Notes under the pieces: generated by a model
Told to the model about the DNA's origin: nothing
Seen by the model: only the letters and a program-made list of their open reading frames with translations
The model's database searches: none
Source: a virus
Virus record (IMG/VR): IMGVR_UViG_3300032397_000001
Strand: one strand, 5' to 3'
DNA length: 64,000 bases
Program-made: the position numbers and the translations under genes
Part shown: one piece after another, positions 9,495 through 19,478 of the stretch
Layout: every line of letters starts with the position of its first letter
Position numbering within the stretch: the stretch's first letter is position 1

Positions 9495-11073
9495 ACTTTC
9501 TGTTTCTGTTGCAGTAATGAATCAGAAGGAGATCACTCAAACTTTTTTTGAGTCGTTGTATGCATTTACTATAGACTTTGAATTGATTATAACAGATAAT
9601 GGATCAGGCGATGAGACAGCTCAATTTCTAAGTGAGTTTGTTCAGGCTCACGAGAATGCGGTTCTCATTAGACACAAGTTGAATGTAGGATTTGGTAAAG
9701 CACACAATATAGCTTCACGTCGTGCTCAAGGCCAGTTTTTTGCTGTTTTAAATAACGACATTGAATTTTTTGAATTCTGGGCTGAAAAACTGTATCCTCT
9801 GTTCGATGAATCTAATGTTGCATTAGTAGGGCCATCAAATGGAGTTTGTAATTCGTTAACACCAGATGCACAAGGAGTATTCAACCCCGAGAAAGTAAAT
9901 GATCCTGATTACTGTGAAGGGTCATGTTTAATGATGCGAACTAAGCTAGCGCGTAAGTTTGGTCCATTCGACGAGGCTTATAGACTAGGATATTATGAAG
10001 ACTCAGACTTAGGAATTCGAATAAGGAAGGCAGGCTTCAAGTTAAAGACTGTACCTCTTGATTGGGTTCACTATCGTGCAAAGACTTCTTCTGCTGTAGC
10101 TGAAACACTTGATATACCAGGAATCCATTTTGTTAATGAGCAGATCTTTCGACGTCGATGGACAAGTTATCTTCTCCGTAAAAGGTTTGGTAAAACGTAT
10201 ATTATACAACGCAAAGGATCTCATGGAGATGTTCTCTTAACTACTCCAATTATTGAAGCAATTAAGAAAAGAGAGCCTGAATCAGTAATTTGTTTTTCTA
10301 CACAATGTCCTGAGACTATAGCAAGAAATTCTCAGATTGATTATCTAATCCCTCCTGATCTTCCATTTCAATGTGATGAGTTCATTAATCTGGACAGTTC
10401 TTATGAGAGGAGATTTAATGAGCATATTATTGATGTGTATGCTCGTGTAGCAAAAGTAAAAGTATTAAGGAAGAGAGCAAAGGTTACTTTGTTGAAAGAC
10501 GACTTCAAATTTATTGAGAGGTATCTTCCCCCCAAATTTAACTCTTATATAGTAGTTGATGTTAGTGATACATGGCAAGGAAAACAGTGGACTATTGAGA
10601 ATTGGGCTGGAGTTACTGAAGAATTAAGGAAACACAACATCACAGTTGTGTCTGTAGGCATTTCTAAAACACGCAATCTGAAAGGGATTGCACAAATAGA
10701 TCTTATCAATAAATTAAGCATATCGCAAACGTCTGCTGTGATTTGTCGTGCTGCAGGATTCATAGGAGCTGAAGGATTAACCGCTCATGTATCTCAGGCT
10801 GTTGACACCCCCTGTTTAGTTCTATATGGATGCACTTCTCCTCAATATGTTAGTTGTTCAGATGCAATGATTGAGCATGTAATTTCATCTGTTGCATGTC
10901 AAGGTTGTAGACATGTTTCATACCCTTCTGGAGTTACAGTTATTTGTAAACGTGATTATGAATGCATGAAGCGCATAACGGTTCAACACGTAATAGATCA
11001 GTTTGCTGTGTTAATGCAAAAATATGGCAAATTAGAAAAGGTAGTCCATTTGAAGGACGTTCCTAATGCGTAA
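9487..11073 (+). CDS. Glycosyltransferase fusion: GT2 (GT-A) plus GT9 heptosyltransferase-like (GT-B)
   Basis: IITDNGSGD, GFGKAHN, LNND, YYEDSDLG; then HGDVLLTTP, KQW, FIGAEG..AH, LYG. Confidence 0.9.
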   Translation: MPKLSVSVAVMNQKEITQTFFESLYAFTIDFELIITDNGSGDETAQFLSEFVQAHENAVLIRHKLNVGFGKAHNIASRRAQGQFFAVLNNDIEFFEFWAEKLYPLFDESNVALVGPSNGVCNSLTPDAQGVFNPEKVNDPDYCEGSCLMMRTKLARKFGPFDEAYRLGYYEDSDLGIRIRKAGFKLKTVPLDWVHYRAKTSSAVAETLDIPGIHFVNEQIFRRRWTSYLLRKRFGKTYIIQRKGSHGDVLLTTPIIEAIKKREPESVICFSTQCPETIARNSQIDYLIPPDLPFQCDEFINLDSSYERRFNEHIIDVYARVAKVKVLRKRAKVTLLKDDFKFIERYLPPKFNSYIVVDVSDTWQGKQWTIENWAGVTEELRKHNITVVSVGISKTRNLKGIAQIDLINKLSISQTSAVICRAAGFIGAEGLTAHVSQAVDTPCLVLYGCTSPQYVSCSDAMIEHVISSVACQGCRHVSYPSGVTVICKRDYECMKRITVQHVIDQFAVLMQKYGKLEKVVHLKDVPNA

Positions 11074-12070
11074 ATTGAAGGTATGTTTCTTATCCGCAGA
11101 TACTGGAGGATCTGGGTATTATCGTACAAAGTTGCCTGCGAAGTATTTACAACAGAGTCGATATGATGATCTTGAAGTTATGCACTATGATGATTTCAGG
11201 TTGATTAAAGATCCCTTCGATGTTTTAATAATACAACGTCAATGGAGAGATCATATTCTTGTTTGGTGTCTACAGTTAAAAAAGCAGGGTACGAGAATCA
11301 TTTTTGAATTAGATGACAATTTATGGTCTATTCCATCAACTATAGATTCTCATAAAATATATCAACTTGACACGCTACATAAAATAGAAAACTTTATTCG
11401 TATGAGTAATGCTGTAATTACCACTTCTGATCCTCTTAGAGTAATCTTATCGCAATTCAATTCAAATGTATGTGTTATTCCTAATTTTGTAGAGATTCCT
11501 GAAATCATTCCGCAGTTGCCGAAGCGTAGAATAAAAATCGGGTTTTGTGGAAGTGTATCTCATGTTGAGCATCTTAAGATTTTAACTCCTATTTTAATTC
11601 GATTGAATGCGATCTGCCCCAAGATTGAATTAATTGTTATGGGATTACCGTGCCCAGAATTGAGTTTGTACGCAACAACGATTTTACCGGCTTCTCCTGA
11701 GTCTTTTATCAATGCATTGGCTTCTCTTGAGCTTGATATCGGTCTCGCATATGTATTTGACAATATTTTCGATAAATGTAGAAGTTGGTTGAAGTTTTTA
11801 GAGTATTCTATCACGGGTGCTGTGACGGTGGCTCCGAATCTTGAACCATATTCAAATATTATTACAAATGGTGAAAATGGTATTTTAATAAATAAGGATT
11901 CAGATTGGCTCTCCACTTTAACTGAGCTTGTGAAAAGTGGAGATTACAAATCGATGGCAAGAGTCGCTTATCAAGAAACTTTGAATTCTTGGTTAATACA
12001 AAATAATGTTTATCGGTGGTATAATGTTATTCAGGAGACTGTAGATGGACAAAGAGAACAATGTGCGTGA
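11066..12070 (+). CDS. GT-B fold glycosyltransferase (GT4-like)
   Basis: GSGYYR...P, FELDDNLW, VIPN, IGFCGS..H, DIGLA, KFLEYS. Confidence 0.85.
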   Translation: MRKLKVCFLSADTGGSGYYRTKLPAKYLQQSRYDDLEVMHYDDFRLIKDPFDVLIIQRQWRDHILVWCLQLKKQGTRIIFELDDNLWSIPSTIDSHKIYQLDTLHKIENFIRMSNAVITTSDPLRVILSQFNSNVCVIPNFVEIPEIIPQLPKRRIKIGFCGSVSHVEHLKILTPILIRLNAICPKIELIVMGLPCPELSLYATTILPASPESFINALASLELDIGLAYVFDNIFDKCRSWLKFLEYSITGAVTVAPNLEPYSNIITNGENGILINKDSDWLSTLTELVKSGDYKSMARVAYQETLNSWLIQNNVYRWYNVIQETVDGQREQCA

Positions 12071-14603
12071 AGCTGACGCGCAAGCTAAAACCAATGAACT
12101 TTTAGGTCCTGGACACTTCTTCTGGGTTCCAAAGACATCAGTTTCTATAGTTAGTTATCGAGAGGCTGAAGTATATTCAGTCACACAACTTATGGAATAT
12201 GTTGATCTTCTTGAAAGAAAGTATCATACATTTCCTGAGATAGCTATTCAAAAGAAGTATGATGGTGATAATATCGAGTTTCACCGGGATACTCATGGGA
12301 AGTTTACAATTTTTACGGATAATGGATCTACGGTTACGAATCGTGTACCTGGCCTCATTAAGCTTTCAGAGAAACTTTTTTCTGATAAGTCATATATTCT
12401 AATTGGTGAATTGGAAGGATGGTCTCATGGTGTTCATTCTGGTCGTGAACAAGTCTCAGGATATTTGAATGCACAAACTCCTCCTAATGATTCTACGTTG
12501 TGTATAAGCTTTTTCGATTGTGTGTGGTTTGATGGAAAGGATTTGCATGGTGAGCCGTATAATGTGAGATATGGGCTTCTCGAGAAAGAGTTCAAGATTT
12601 CTCAATCACTCATAACCAATTTGCAACCCGGTTTCAATCTTGCGCCAACCTTCATAGTTAAAGCGAAAGCTGCTTTACAGAGTGCAGTGCAACAGGTAGT
12701 ACGACCAAGAGAAAGCGAGGGCGCCGTTCTTAAGATTTGGAATGGGTTTAAATTTTCCCTAAACAAGAGTGCCAATGAGATGATTAAGTTTAAGAAATGG
12801 GCAGAAGCTCATTTTGTTGTATTACAGAAACGTCAAATTGCAGGGTCAAAACAAACGTTTCAGTATTGGATAGGTATTAAGGTTTTGGTGTCTGAGCGTG
12901 ATACTGTTGTTCAGAATAAGGTTGAGGAATATGGTGGACAGAATTACTTGCGTTGTGCCAAGACATTTAACACGAATGTCCAAGCAAAGGTAGGTGATAT
13001 AATTACAGTTAGATTTAGCAATGTTTTTGTATATCATGAACAGGATAAAATCTATTTTGGTATTTATGCGCCCAATGTTTATGAGAATAGAACTGTGCAA
13101 CAGCATGATGAGGAACCTGATACTGTTTCTACATTGTTAAGGATAGGGGAAGAGTCTGGACTGATTGTGCAGAAAGGTATAGGAGTTTTCATTTCTAAGG
13201 CTACTGATGCTTTCATGCAATATCCTCCAGAAGCAAAACCTTGCAAGTATGTTATGCAAGAACATTTCAGAGGGAAGACTGCTCATATTGATTTCCGTAT
13301 CCAGTCTATTTCAGATACTTTGATTGGTTATACTATCATGAATCAGGTTGAGGGAAAGATTAAGACCCCAATTCTAAATGTAGCACAAGGGCGTAAAGTT
13401 TTAAAACAGTCTGATAATTGGAAGTTTGATGCTATCAAAGGTATTTTTCAACGACGTCGAATTGCAGGTGGAGAGATTCGATTTGCCAGTCTTCAGGTTG
13501 CACTCAAACAATCGGAGCCAGAAAATTGGCTTTCAGTAGAGGGCGTTTCCGAAGTTGGTGGGACGGGAGCCACTTCAAAATGGCCTGGAGTATTTGTCAT
13601 TGCATCGCAAGGACAGTTAGCATATGGCTATCGAGAAGTTTACTTTCACGAGTATTTTGTGTATAATGATAAATGGCCTGATGGGGGTCTCCGAATGTTG
13701 TTTAGACTTCTCTCAGGTCCTGAATTACAGCAAGCATCAATTCCGATATCGAATTTGTTAGAACCTTTCACTGATGAACCTGACAAGTTTACTGTTGAGA
13801 ATAACGAAATTATTTTTGATAATGGAACGATTTCTATGCATGACTTCGAAGTAGATCGTCTTGGCAAATCTCTGCATAAGATACTTCCTCCTTCGGAGGA
13901 GCCTGGGCGTGAAATGCCTTTTGTTTGGCTTCTAGTTAAACCAAAAACGAATGAACCATATATATTATCTGCGCGGGCAAGGCTGAAAAAGAAATATTCT
14001 CCTGTAGGAGTATCGACTTTACCTGCTTCGGTCAAGAAACAAATCCCTGCTTCCTTGAGATATTGGGAAGCATCCTCTTCACAGAAGATGCAAGCTATGC
14101 TTGATGAGCTGAGAGATAAAATTAAAGGACATGAAGTCGAGTTGGACTATAGTGATAAGGTTGTTTTCAAACGTGCAAGTAGCTTTGTTTTGGAAAAGGC
14201 AGCTGAGTCAAGTTATATCTTGAAGCGACGCTGGTGGCGGGGGCCCATAGTTATCAGATTGGGATCATCTGCGGAATTTTATGATTTGTATTTCCAAAAA
14301 GATCAGGAATGGGATCAGTTTATTTTAACGCAGAATCCTGTTAACTATGATTCATTCGCAGGATGGTTACGAATTAATATTACCCAAGATGAAGTTAATT
14401 TTGAGGGAACTTTGCCCCCTGGTCATGAGCTCAATCCAAATAAAAAGTTAGCAGCCGAGACGAAGATTGTTGGATCAGGTACTTTTAGTTTGAATGAGAT
14501 ATCCCGTGATGTTTGGCAATTAGAATTTAAAGATGGAACTTTGAAGGATAGATCTTTTACAGCGACGCGTGATGCTGGTATATGGAAGTTTAGTTTGGGT
14601 TGA
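12045..14603 (+). CDS. ATP-dependent DNA ligase fused to LigD 3'-phosphoesterase-like domain(s)
   Basis: Ligase motifs QKKYDG, ILIGEL, FFDCVWFDGKDL, SEGAVLK, MIKFKK plus OB fold; PE-like YVMQEH...AHIDFRI; degenerate second copy YILKRRWWRG...FYDL. Confidence 0.8.
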   Translation: MDKENNVREADAQAKTNELLGPGHFFWVPKTSVSIVSYREAEVYSVTQLMEYVDLLERKYHTFPEIAIQKKYDGDNIEFHRDTHGKFTIFTDNGSTVTNRVPGLIKLSEKLFSDKSYILIGELEGWSHGVHSGREQVSGYLNAQTPPNDSTLCISFFDCVWFDGKDLHGEPYNVRYGLLEKEFKISQSLITNLQPGFNLAPTFIVKAKAALQSAVQQVVRPRESEGAVLKIWNGFKFSLNKSANEMIKFKKWAEAHFVVLQKRQIAGSKQTFQYWIGIKVLVSERDTVVQNKVEEYGGQNYLRCAKTFNTNVQAKVGDIITVRFSNVFVYHEQDKIYFGIYAPNVYENRTVQQHDEEPDTVSTLLRIGEESGLIVQKGIGVFISKATDAFMQYPPEAKPCKYVMQEHFRGKTAHIDFRIQSISDTLIGYTIMNQVEGKIKTPILNVAQGRKVLKQSDNWKFDAIKGIFQRRRIAGGEIRFASLQVALKQSEPENWLSVEGVSEVGGTGATSKWPGVFVIASQGQLAYGYREVYFHEYFVYNDKWPDGGLRMLFRLLSGPELQQASIPISNLLEPFTDEPDKFTVENNEIIFDNGTISMHDFEVDRLGKSLHKILPPSEEPGREMPFVWLLVKPKTNEPYILSARARLKKKYSPVGVSTLPASVKKQIPASLRYWEASSSQKMQAMLDELRDKIKGHEVELDYSDKVVFKRASSFVLEKAAESSYILKRRWWRGPIVIRLGSSAEFYDLYFQKDQEWDQFILTQNPVNYDSFAGWLRINITQDEVNFEGTLPPGHELNPNKKLAAETKIVGSGTFSLNEISRDVWQLEFKDGTLKDRSFTATRDAGIWKFSLG

Positions 14604-14656
14604 TTTGAGTGCCTGTGCGTTTTATCTGATTTAGGATCAATATTTCTTAAAGAGAG

Positions 14657-14758
14657 GAGACCTGTAGAGGTTCTGCGTGCTTGTGACGTAGAACCTTTTA
14701 TGCATGATGTCTCATAGTTTTCATTTGGTTGGCATTTAAGGAGGACTTTCATTATGCC
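14657..14758 (+). promoter_or_regulatory. Structured 5' leader or terminator upstream of 14754 gene
   Basis: Stem aggttctgcgt/acgtagaacct inside gagac/gtctc; ggcat/atgcc pairing over the start codon. Confidence 0.4.
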
Positions 14759-15401
14759 TACTTACAAAAACAACAGGTCCGAACGTTTGGTTGTTATGGG
14801 GATTGCCTTTCTTCCGGGTCAACAGAAGACGACTGACAAGATCTTGATGGAAACCACTCTTGAGGTTTCTGCAATATCAACCGCTTTCCAGGTAGGTGAA
14901 ACTGTCAGTGCTGGATCTCCTACAGCGACTGGGAAGATTTTGAGAGTTAGGACAAATCCTGATCTCTTGGATCTTGTTGGTCGCAATAGCAACGATTTCG
15001 TGACAGGTACTACCCTTACGGGTGGAACTTCGAGCTGTTTTGCGAGCGTTGAACGAATCAGTGAGTTGGTAACAGCCATCTCGGCCGAGCCGTATTACAA
15101 TCCCAAGACAACTGCTCATACGGTGACTGCTAGTGGGGCTGAAGTTGAAGTGATGTATCTCTCCGACTTTTTCAATACCAGATATCTCAAGATTTCGGAT
15201 GTGTCGGGGGGTATCACCATTGATATTTATTTCCGTAGTGAGTCTAACACACCTGCGGTCGTTGACGGAATGGGAAACATCGATGATCCCATTATTCTCG
15301 CTGTTAATCAGAATGTGGAGTGCCTAGCAATTGATTTCTCCGGAGCGGGAACCTGTATCGTGGAGGAATTCACAACTCTTGAAGCCGCGGAGATTGGATA
15401 A
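14754..15401 (+). CDS. Putative virion structural/decoration protein
   Basis: FQVGETV...ATGKI...FVTGTTLTGGTS beta repeat seen in phage structural proteins; strong RBS; upstream of protease. Confidence 0.5.
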   Translation: MPTYKNNRSERLVVMGIAFLPGQQKTTDKILMETTLEVSAISTAFQVGETVSAGSPTATGKILRVRTNPDLLDLVGRNSNDFVTGTTLTGGTSSCFASVERISELVTAISAEPYYNPKTTAHTVTASGAEVEVMYLSDFFNTRYLKISDVSGGITIDIYFRSESNTPAVVDGMGNIDDPIILAVNQNVECLAIDFSGAGTCIVEEFTTLEAAEIG

Positions 15402-15420
15402 CTCCAACAGGGGGTAAATT

Positions 15421-16440
15421 ATGCCTAAAGTACAACTCAAGAAGCTCTTGAAGCCTGTCAAGTTTGAGGCAAGCCTTCATATCGAGAAGATTCAGGAAGT
15501 TCCTGAGTCTGATCAAAGCAATGCTGAAATCAAACGCATTGTTGAAGGTTATGCAATTGTTGCAGGTAACGTTGACGAGCAGAGAGATCGTATTGAACCC
15601 AGTGCTCTAGCGAAAGCAGTAGAGTACCTTAAGAGCTATACTACTGTTCTGTTTAATCATGATCCGAATCGACCCATTGGCAAGATTCTCGACATTGCAG
15701 TGCGCGAAGCCAAAATCTGGGTGAAGGTGCTCATCAGTAATTCCGAAGATGAAATCTGGGGTAAGGTTGTAGAGAAGATTATTAACAGTTTCTCTATCAG
15801 TGGAGAAATCGATGAATTCGCTTATGAATATGACAAGGCTCTACAATCTCAGGTTCGGGTCATAAAGAGTTTTAGGGTGTATGAAATTTCTTTGGTTTCA
15901 GTACCCGCAAATTCTGAGGCTAAGACTTTTAACGCGTATATTTCCAAATCGCTTCAGGACGCAGGGTACAGTTTTGAGTCTACGAATGAGGACCAATCGA
16001 ATGTATCGGAAATGCTTGAGTTCCTTAACATTGGCATGGAGGTCGTGAAAGCTATGGACTGGAAAGAAAAACTCACAAAGGCAATCAAGGCGTTGGGTGA
16101 TGTGGCCGCAAAGATCGAAGATGCGCAGGTTCGGGATACTCTCAAAGAGATCCAGAAACTGTTGACAGATGTGGCCGCAGAGGTTCCCCAGAATTATCCC
16201 GCTGCCAACAAGGATCTCCAGGACGCGCTCGACAAAATCAAGGGCTTGGAAGGCAAGATTGGTAGTGTCGAGAAGACTCTTGCAGATCGTCTTGAAAAGG
16301 TGGAAAAGGATCTGGGGAGTGTCGATGAGATCCTCGGTGGTATGACCGAAATGCTCAAGTCCTCGGGCGAGACTGACGCAGCAGCTGCGGCGAAAGCTGC
16401 TGCGGCGGCGGCGAAAGGCACTCATATCAGCGCTGACTAA
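15421..16440 (+). CDS. Prohead protease (HK97/S78-type) with C-terminal coiled-coil scaffold-like region
   Basis: VEGYA, VDEQRD, VLFNHD...PIGK, SFSISG, EISLVSVPAN. Confidence 0.92.
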   Translation: MPKVQLKKLLKPVKFEASLHIEKIQEVPESDQSNAEIKRIVEGYAIVAGNVDEQRDRIEPSALAKAVEYLKSYTTVLFNHDPNRPIGKILDIAVREAKIWVKVLISNSEDEIWGKVVEKIINSFSISGEIDEFAYEYDKALQSQVRVIKSFRVYEISLVSVPANSEAKTFNAYISKSLQDAGYSFESTNEDQSNVSEMLEFLNIGMEVVKAMDWKEKLTKAIKALGDVAAKIEDAQVRDTLKEIQKLLTDVAAEVPQNYPAANKDLQDALDKIKGLEGKIGSVEKTLADRLEKVEKDLGSVDEILGGMTEMLKSSGETDAAAAAKAAAAAAKGTHISAD

Positions 16441-16504
16441 CGACTTAAAGGGCCGAGAGCCATACTGGAACATGTAACGGTTTAACACAAAGGAGATAAG
16501 GCCC
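16441..16504 (+). promoter_or_regulatory. MCP leader with motif shared with the major tail gene leader
   Basis: CGAGAGC..CTGGAA..TAACACAAAGGAGA; gggcc/ggccc pairing next to the ATG. Confidence 0.45.
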
Positions 16505-17866
16505 ATGAAAAATTTGGAGATAGCCAAGAAATTGATCCATGACGCAGCTCTGCTTCGTAAGACGCAGGCTGACCAGTCACAGGTCAATGAATTGGTCAAA
16601 ACGGCTATTGAGCAACAGATGAAGGCTCTCGGCGGTCAGCCCTCTCTGCGTAAAGGACAATTCAATCTCAGTATGGCGAATGCAGTTGCCGTCGGTGGCG
16701 CCAAGGGACAGCCTCTGCAGAAGGCTCTTCTGAGTCCGGCGGGTAAGGCTGATGATGCGCGCGAGTTCCAGAAGATGAGTGATACCGTATATATCACTTC
16801 GGTACTCGTCGGGTGCCATCCGACCGATCTTGAGTGTTACAAGATGCTCAGGAGCAACAAGCTGTTCAAGGACGCGTACTCGTCAGGCGATTTCGACGCT
16901 ACGTGGTGGTGGCCGGACACTCTTTCTCGTGACATGATCGAAGAGGTCGAGAAGGAGTTGAAGGTTGCGGCTCTCCACAGAACGATTCAGATGCCTACCA
17001 ACCCGTACAAGATCCCTGCGAAATCGGGTAGGACGAAAACTTATCTGGTTGGGGAGTCAACTGACGACGCGGGGACCAAGCCGTCTTCCAGCAAGGGGCC
17101 AACTCCTGGTACCGGTATCACCTTCGATGCAAAGAAGCTGATGGCGTATTCCATTGTGTCGGAGGAAACCAGCGAGGATATGGTCCTCCCCATCATTGAT
17201 CTCATCAAGGAAGATGTCGGGAAGTCCATGGCCGAGGCTATCGAGACTGCTGTTCTCAACGGTCAGATCGTTGCAGAGACCATCGATACCGCGGCAGCTT
17301 ATGCTGCGAACGATTCTGTTCGCGCATGGAATGGATATCGAGTGCACGCTCTTGGTGGTGGATGGACAGTTGACTTCTCAGGGTGGACCAAGTCAACGGC
17401 AGTTGACTTGATGAGGAAACTCAGGGCGACCATGGGAAGGTATGCTGTCGGAATCGACAAGCTGGCGTGGTTGGTATCCATCAATGGGTACAATCATCTG
17501 CTCAACACTGAAGAGATGTTGACCCTTGACAAGTACGGCGCCAATGCGACTCTGCTCAAAGGTGAGCTCGGAAGGTTTGATAACATTCCGATCATCATCA
17601 CTGAGTTCCTTCCTGAGAATCTGAATGCATCAGGGGCTTACACTTCGGATGTCGACAACGACAATACTTGTGTTCTCTTGGTGTACAAGGATGGTTGGGT
17701 TCACGGTGAACGAGCAAGCTTTACTGTGAAACAGGGCGAGGAGATCAAGACGGACCAGAAGTATTTGATCTCTCGCGCTCGTAGGGATTTTCAGCCCCTT
17801 TATATGGGGACCTCGTATTCTCAGTCTATCGTTGCAGCTGGTTATGGCTTGCCCAATACCCTGTAG
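16505..17866 (+). CDS. Major capsid protein, HK97 fold, with N-terminal delta domain
   Basis: P..LSRDMIE, VGE, ITFDAKKL...VSEE..ED, E.AVLNG, GRFDNIPII; position after protease. Confidence 0.93.
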   Translation: MKNLEIAKKLIHDAALLRKTQADQSQVNELVKTAIEQQMKALGGQPSLRKGQFNLSMANAVAVGGAKGQPLQKALLSPAGKADDAREFQKMSDTVYITSVLVGCHPTDLECYKMLRSNKLFKDAYSSGDFDATWWWPDTLSRDMIEEVEKELKVAALHRTIQMPTNPYKIPAKSGRTKTYLVGESTDDAGTKPSSSKGPTPGTGITFDAKKLMAYSIVSEETSEDMVLPIIDLIKEDVGKSMAEAIETAVLNGQIVAETIDTAAAYAANDSVRAWNGYRVHALGGGWTVDFSGWTKSTAVDLMRKLRATMGRYAVGIDKLAWLVSINGYNHLLNTEEMLTLDKYGANATLLKGELGRFDNIPIIITEFLPENLNASGAYTSDVDNDNTCVLLVYKDGWVHGERASFTVKQGEEIKTDQKYLISRARRDFQPLYMGTSYSQSIVAAGYGLPNTL

Positions 17867-17902
17867 TTGATAGTCTGGGAAGTTCATAGATGTGTACAAT
17901 GA

Positions 17903-17934
17903 AGAGAAGCAGGTAGGGCCCTACCTGCTTCTCT
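17903..17934 (+). terminator. Perfect 32-bp palindrome, terminator after MCP
   Basis: agagaagcaggtaggg|ccctacctgcttctct. Confidence 0.7.
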
Positions 17935-17953
17935 GTTCTGAGCAGGTAGACTG

Positions 17954-18562
17954 ATGATCGGTGATGCAAATGAGTTTGCGACATATCTGGGAATTTCTCC
18001 TTTAGAGGATACTGTCACCGGTTCCGCCCGCGCAAATTTATCTCTTGAACTCGCCCAAGGTTTTATCGAATTCATTATCAGTTACCCTCTTGAGCTTGCA
18101 GATCGATCTGTGGTACTTGATGGCACAGGCACTTCTAATATCTTTCTTCCTAATTTTCCAGTTACTTCAATAACATCCGCACAGTATTTTGATGAGAGTG
18201 ACCAAGAATGGAAAGATTACACCGTTTCCAAGATTAGATGCAATGGTCAGACAGGAGAAGTCTATTGTGGCAATGATGATAATATAACTAAGTGGCCTAT
18301 TGGATTCCAGAATATAAGGATTAATTACAGGCAGGGATTCGATTTCTCTGCAAGTCCATTAGATTCAATGGCTGCAAGTTTGAAATTTGCTTTGTACGAG
18401 ATTGCGGGGTTGCTATTTAACAATTCAGGCATCCTCTCTTTCCTTTCTGTTGATGATGGAATGAATCGACAACGATTTTTCAATCAAAATGTGATGCATA
18501 TGATTAGTCCAGAAATTACCCTTATTTTAACTTCAGCTGGAAAACGGGGTGATGCACGATAA
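17954..18562 (+). CDS. Head-tail connector (gp6/gp15-like)
   Basis: FATYLGI, LDGTG..IFLPNFPVTSITS, WPIGFQNIRINYRQG; synteny. Confidence 0.8.
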   Translation: MIGDANEFATYLGISPLEDTVTGSARANLSLELAQGFIEFIISYPLELADRSVVLDGTGTSNIFLPNFPVTSITSAQYFDESDQEWKDYTVSKIRCNGQTGEVYCGNDDNITKWPIGFQNIRINYRQGFDFSASPLDSMAASLKFALYEIAGLLFNNSGILSFLSVDDGMNRQRFFNQNVMHMISPEITLILTSAGKRGDAR

Positions 18563-19111
18563 ATGGGACTTAGTGATGCATACTTTTATAAGCGTACTGA
18601 GTTTCTATTCGATGGAGTTTTAGTGGGTGTTCGATTCATCGATATAGATGTTTCTCCTTGGGGTTTCATTCGAGTTTCAGGTGATAGCGTAGTTCAAGTT
18701 GAAGGGCAAATGGAAGGTGAATCAGTTTCAGAAGATGTAGGGAAAATTTCTTCATACCGTTTTGATCGTGTGTTAACTATCACTCCAAAAGAATTAAGTT
18801 TTACTGGCAGAGTATTTGTAGTAGACTCGAATGGTGTTAAGGTACCTACAAATAGATTCCTATTCAAAATACCAGTATATGTAAATTACCCTTTTCTTCG
18901 ACAAAGTGCAGCAGTAAGAACTCAACAAGAACCCGGTATAATTTCTGTTGATGACGTAATACAATTATCAGTGATTCATTTGGGACTTGAGAATGTAGAA
19001 GTTGGAGATTTGGTCAAGATAGATAATAAGATATTTACAGTACGTAACATCAAGCGCGTGCTCAACAGATGGATGATTCAAGCAGTAATACAAGATGCCC
19101 CTCCAATTTAG
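18563..19111 (+). CDS. Putative head closure/head-tail adaptor
   Basis: C-terminal VEVGDLVKIDNKIFTVRNI motif; synteny. Confidence 0.55.
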   Translation: MGLSDAYFYKRTEFLFDGVLVGVRFIDIDVSPWGFIRVSGDSVVQVEGQMEGESVSEDVGKISSYRFDRVLTITPKELSFTGRVFVVDSNGVKVPTNRFLFKIPVYVNYPFLRQSAAVRTQQEPGIISVDDVIQLSVIHLGLENVEVGDLVKIDNKIFTVRNIKRVLNRWMIQAVIQDAPPI

Positions 19112-19475
19112 GACTATAAAGAGACCCGAACTTTCTTTCGACAAAATTGAAAAGGCAAAACAGCTTGCATTAGAACAAATTGGTAATCTTATTTTTCAGG
19201 AGCTGTTCGTTTTAACATCAGGGCGTGTAGGTGGTGACAAAGATGCGGTAGGAGCCAAAACAGGAACTCTCAGACGAAGTTTGAGAATGGATTTTATCGG
19301 TGACGAAGTTCACGTTTACTTTAATCCTTCTGAAGCAGTACACGCTGGCTTTGTAATTGAAGGAACGCGATTCATTACAGGAAGGAACATAATAAATACA
19401 GCGTTGAATCGTGTTTCTGATAGTCAGGAGTTTCAACAGGTCAAGAAAGATTTTTTCAAAAATGCGTTTGGGTGA
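19095..19475 (+). CDS. HK97 gp10-like tail completion/neck protein
   Basis: KTGTLRRSL, HAGFVIEGTR motifs. Confidence 0.7.
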   Translation: MPLQFRTIKRPELSFDKIEKAKQLALEQIGNLIFQELFVLTSGRVGGDKDAVGAKTGTLRRSLRMDFIGDEVHVYFNPSEAVHAGFVIEGTRFITGRNIINTALNRVSDSQEFQQVKKDFFKNAFG

Positions 19476-19478
19476 CAA

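Noticed and set aside
15898-16599. 233-aa minus-strand ORF and the other antisense ORFs in the track
   Set aside because: Shadow frames of well-supported plus-strand genes; no RBS or recognisable motifs
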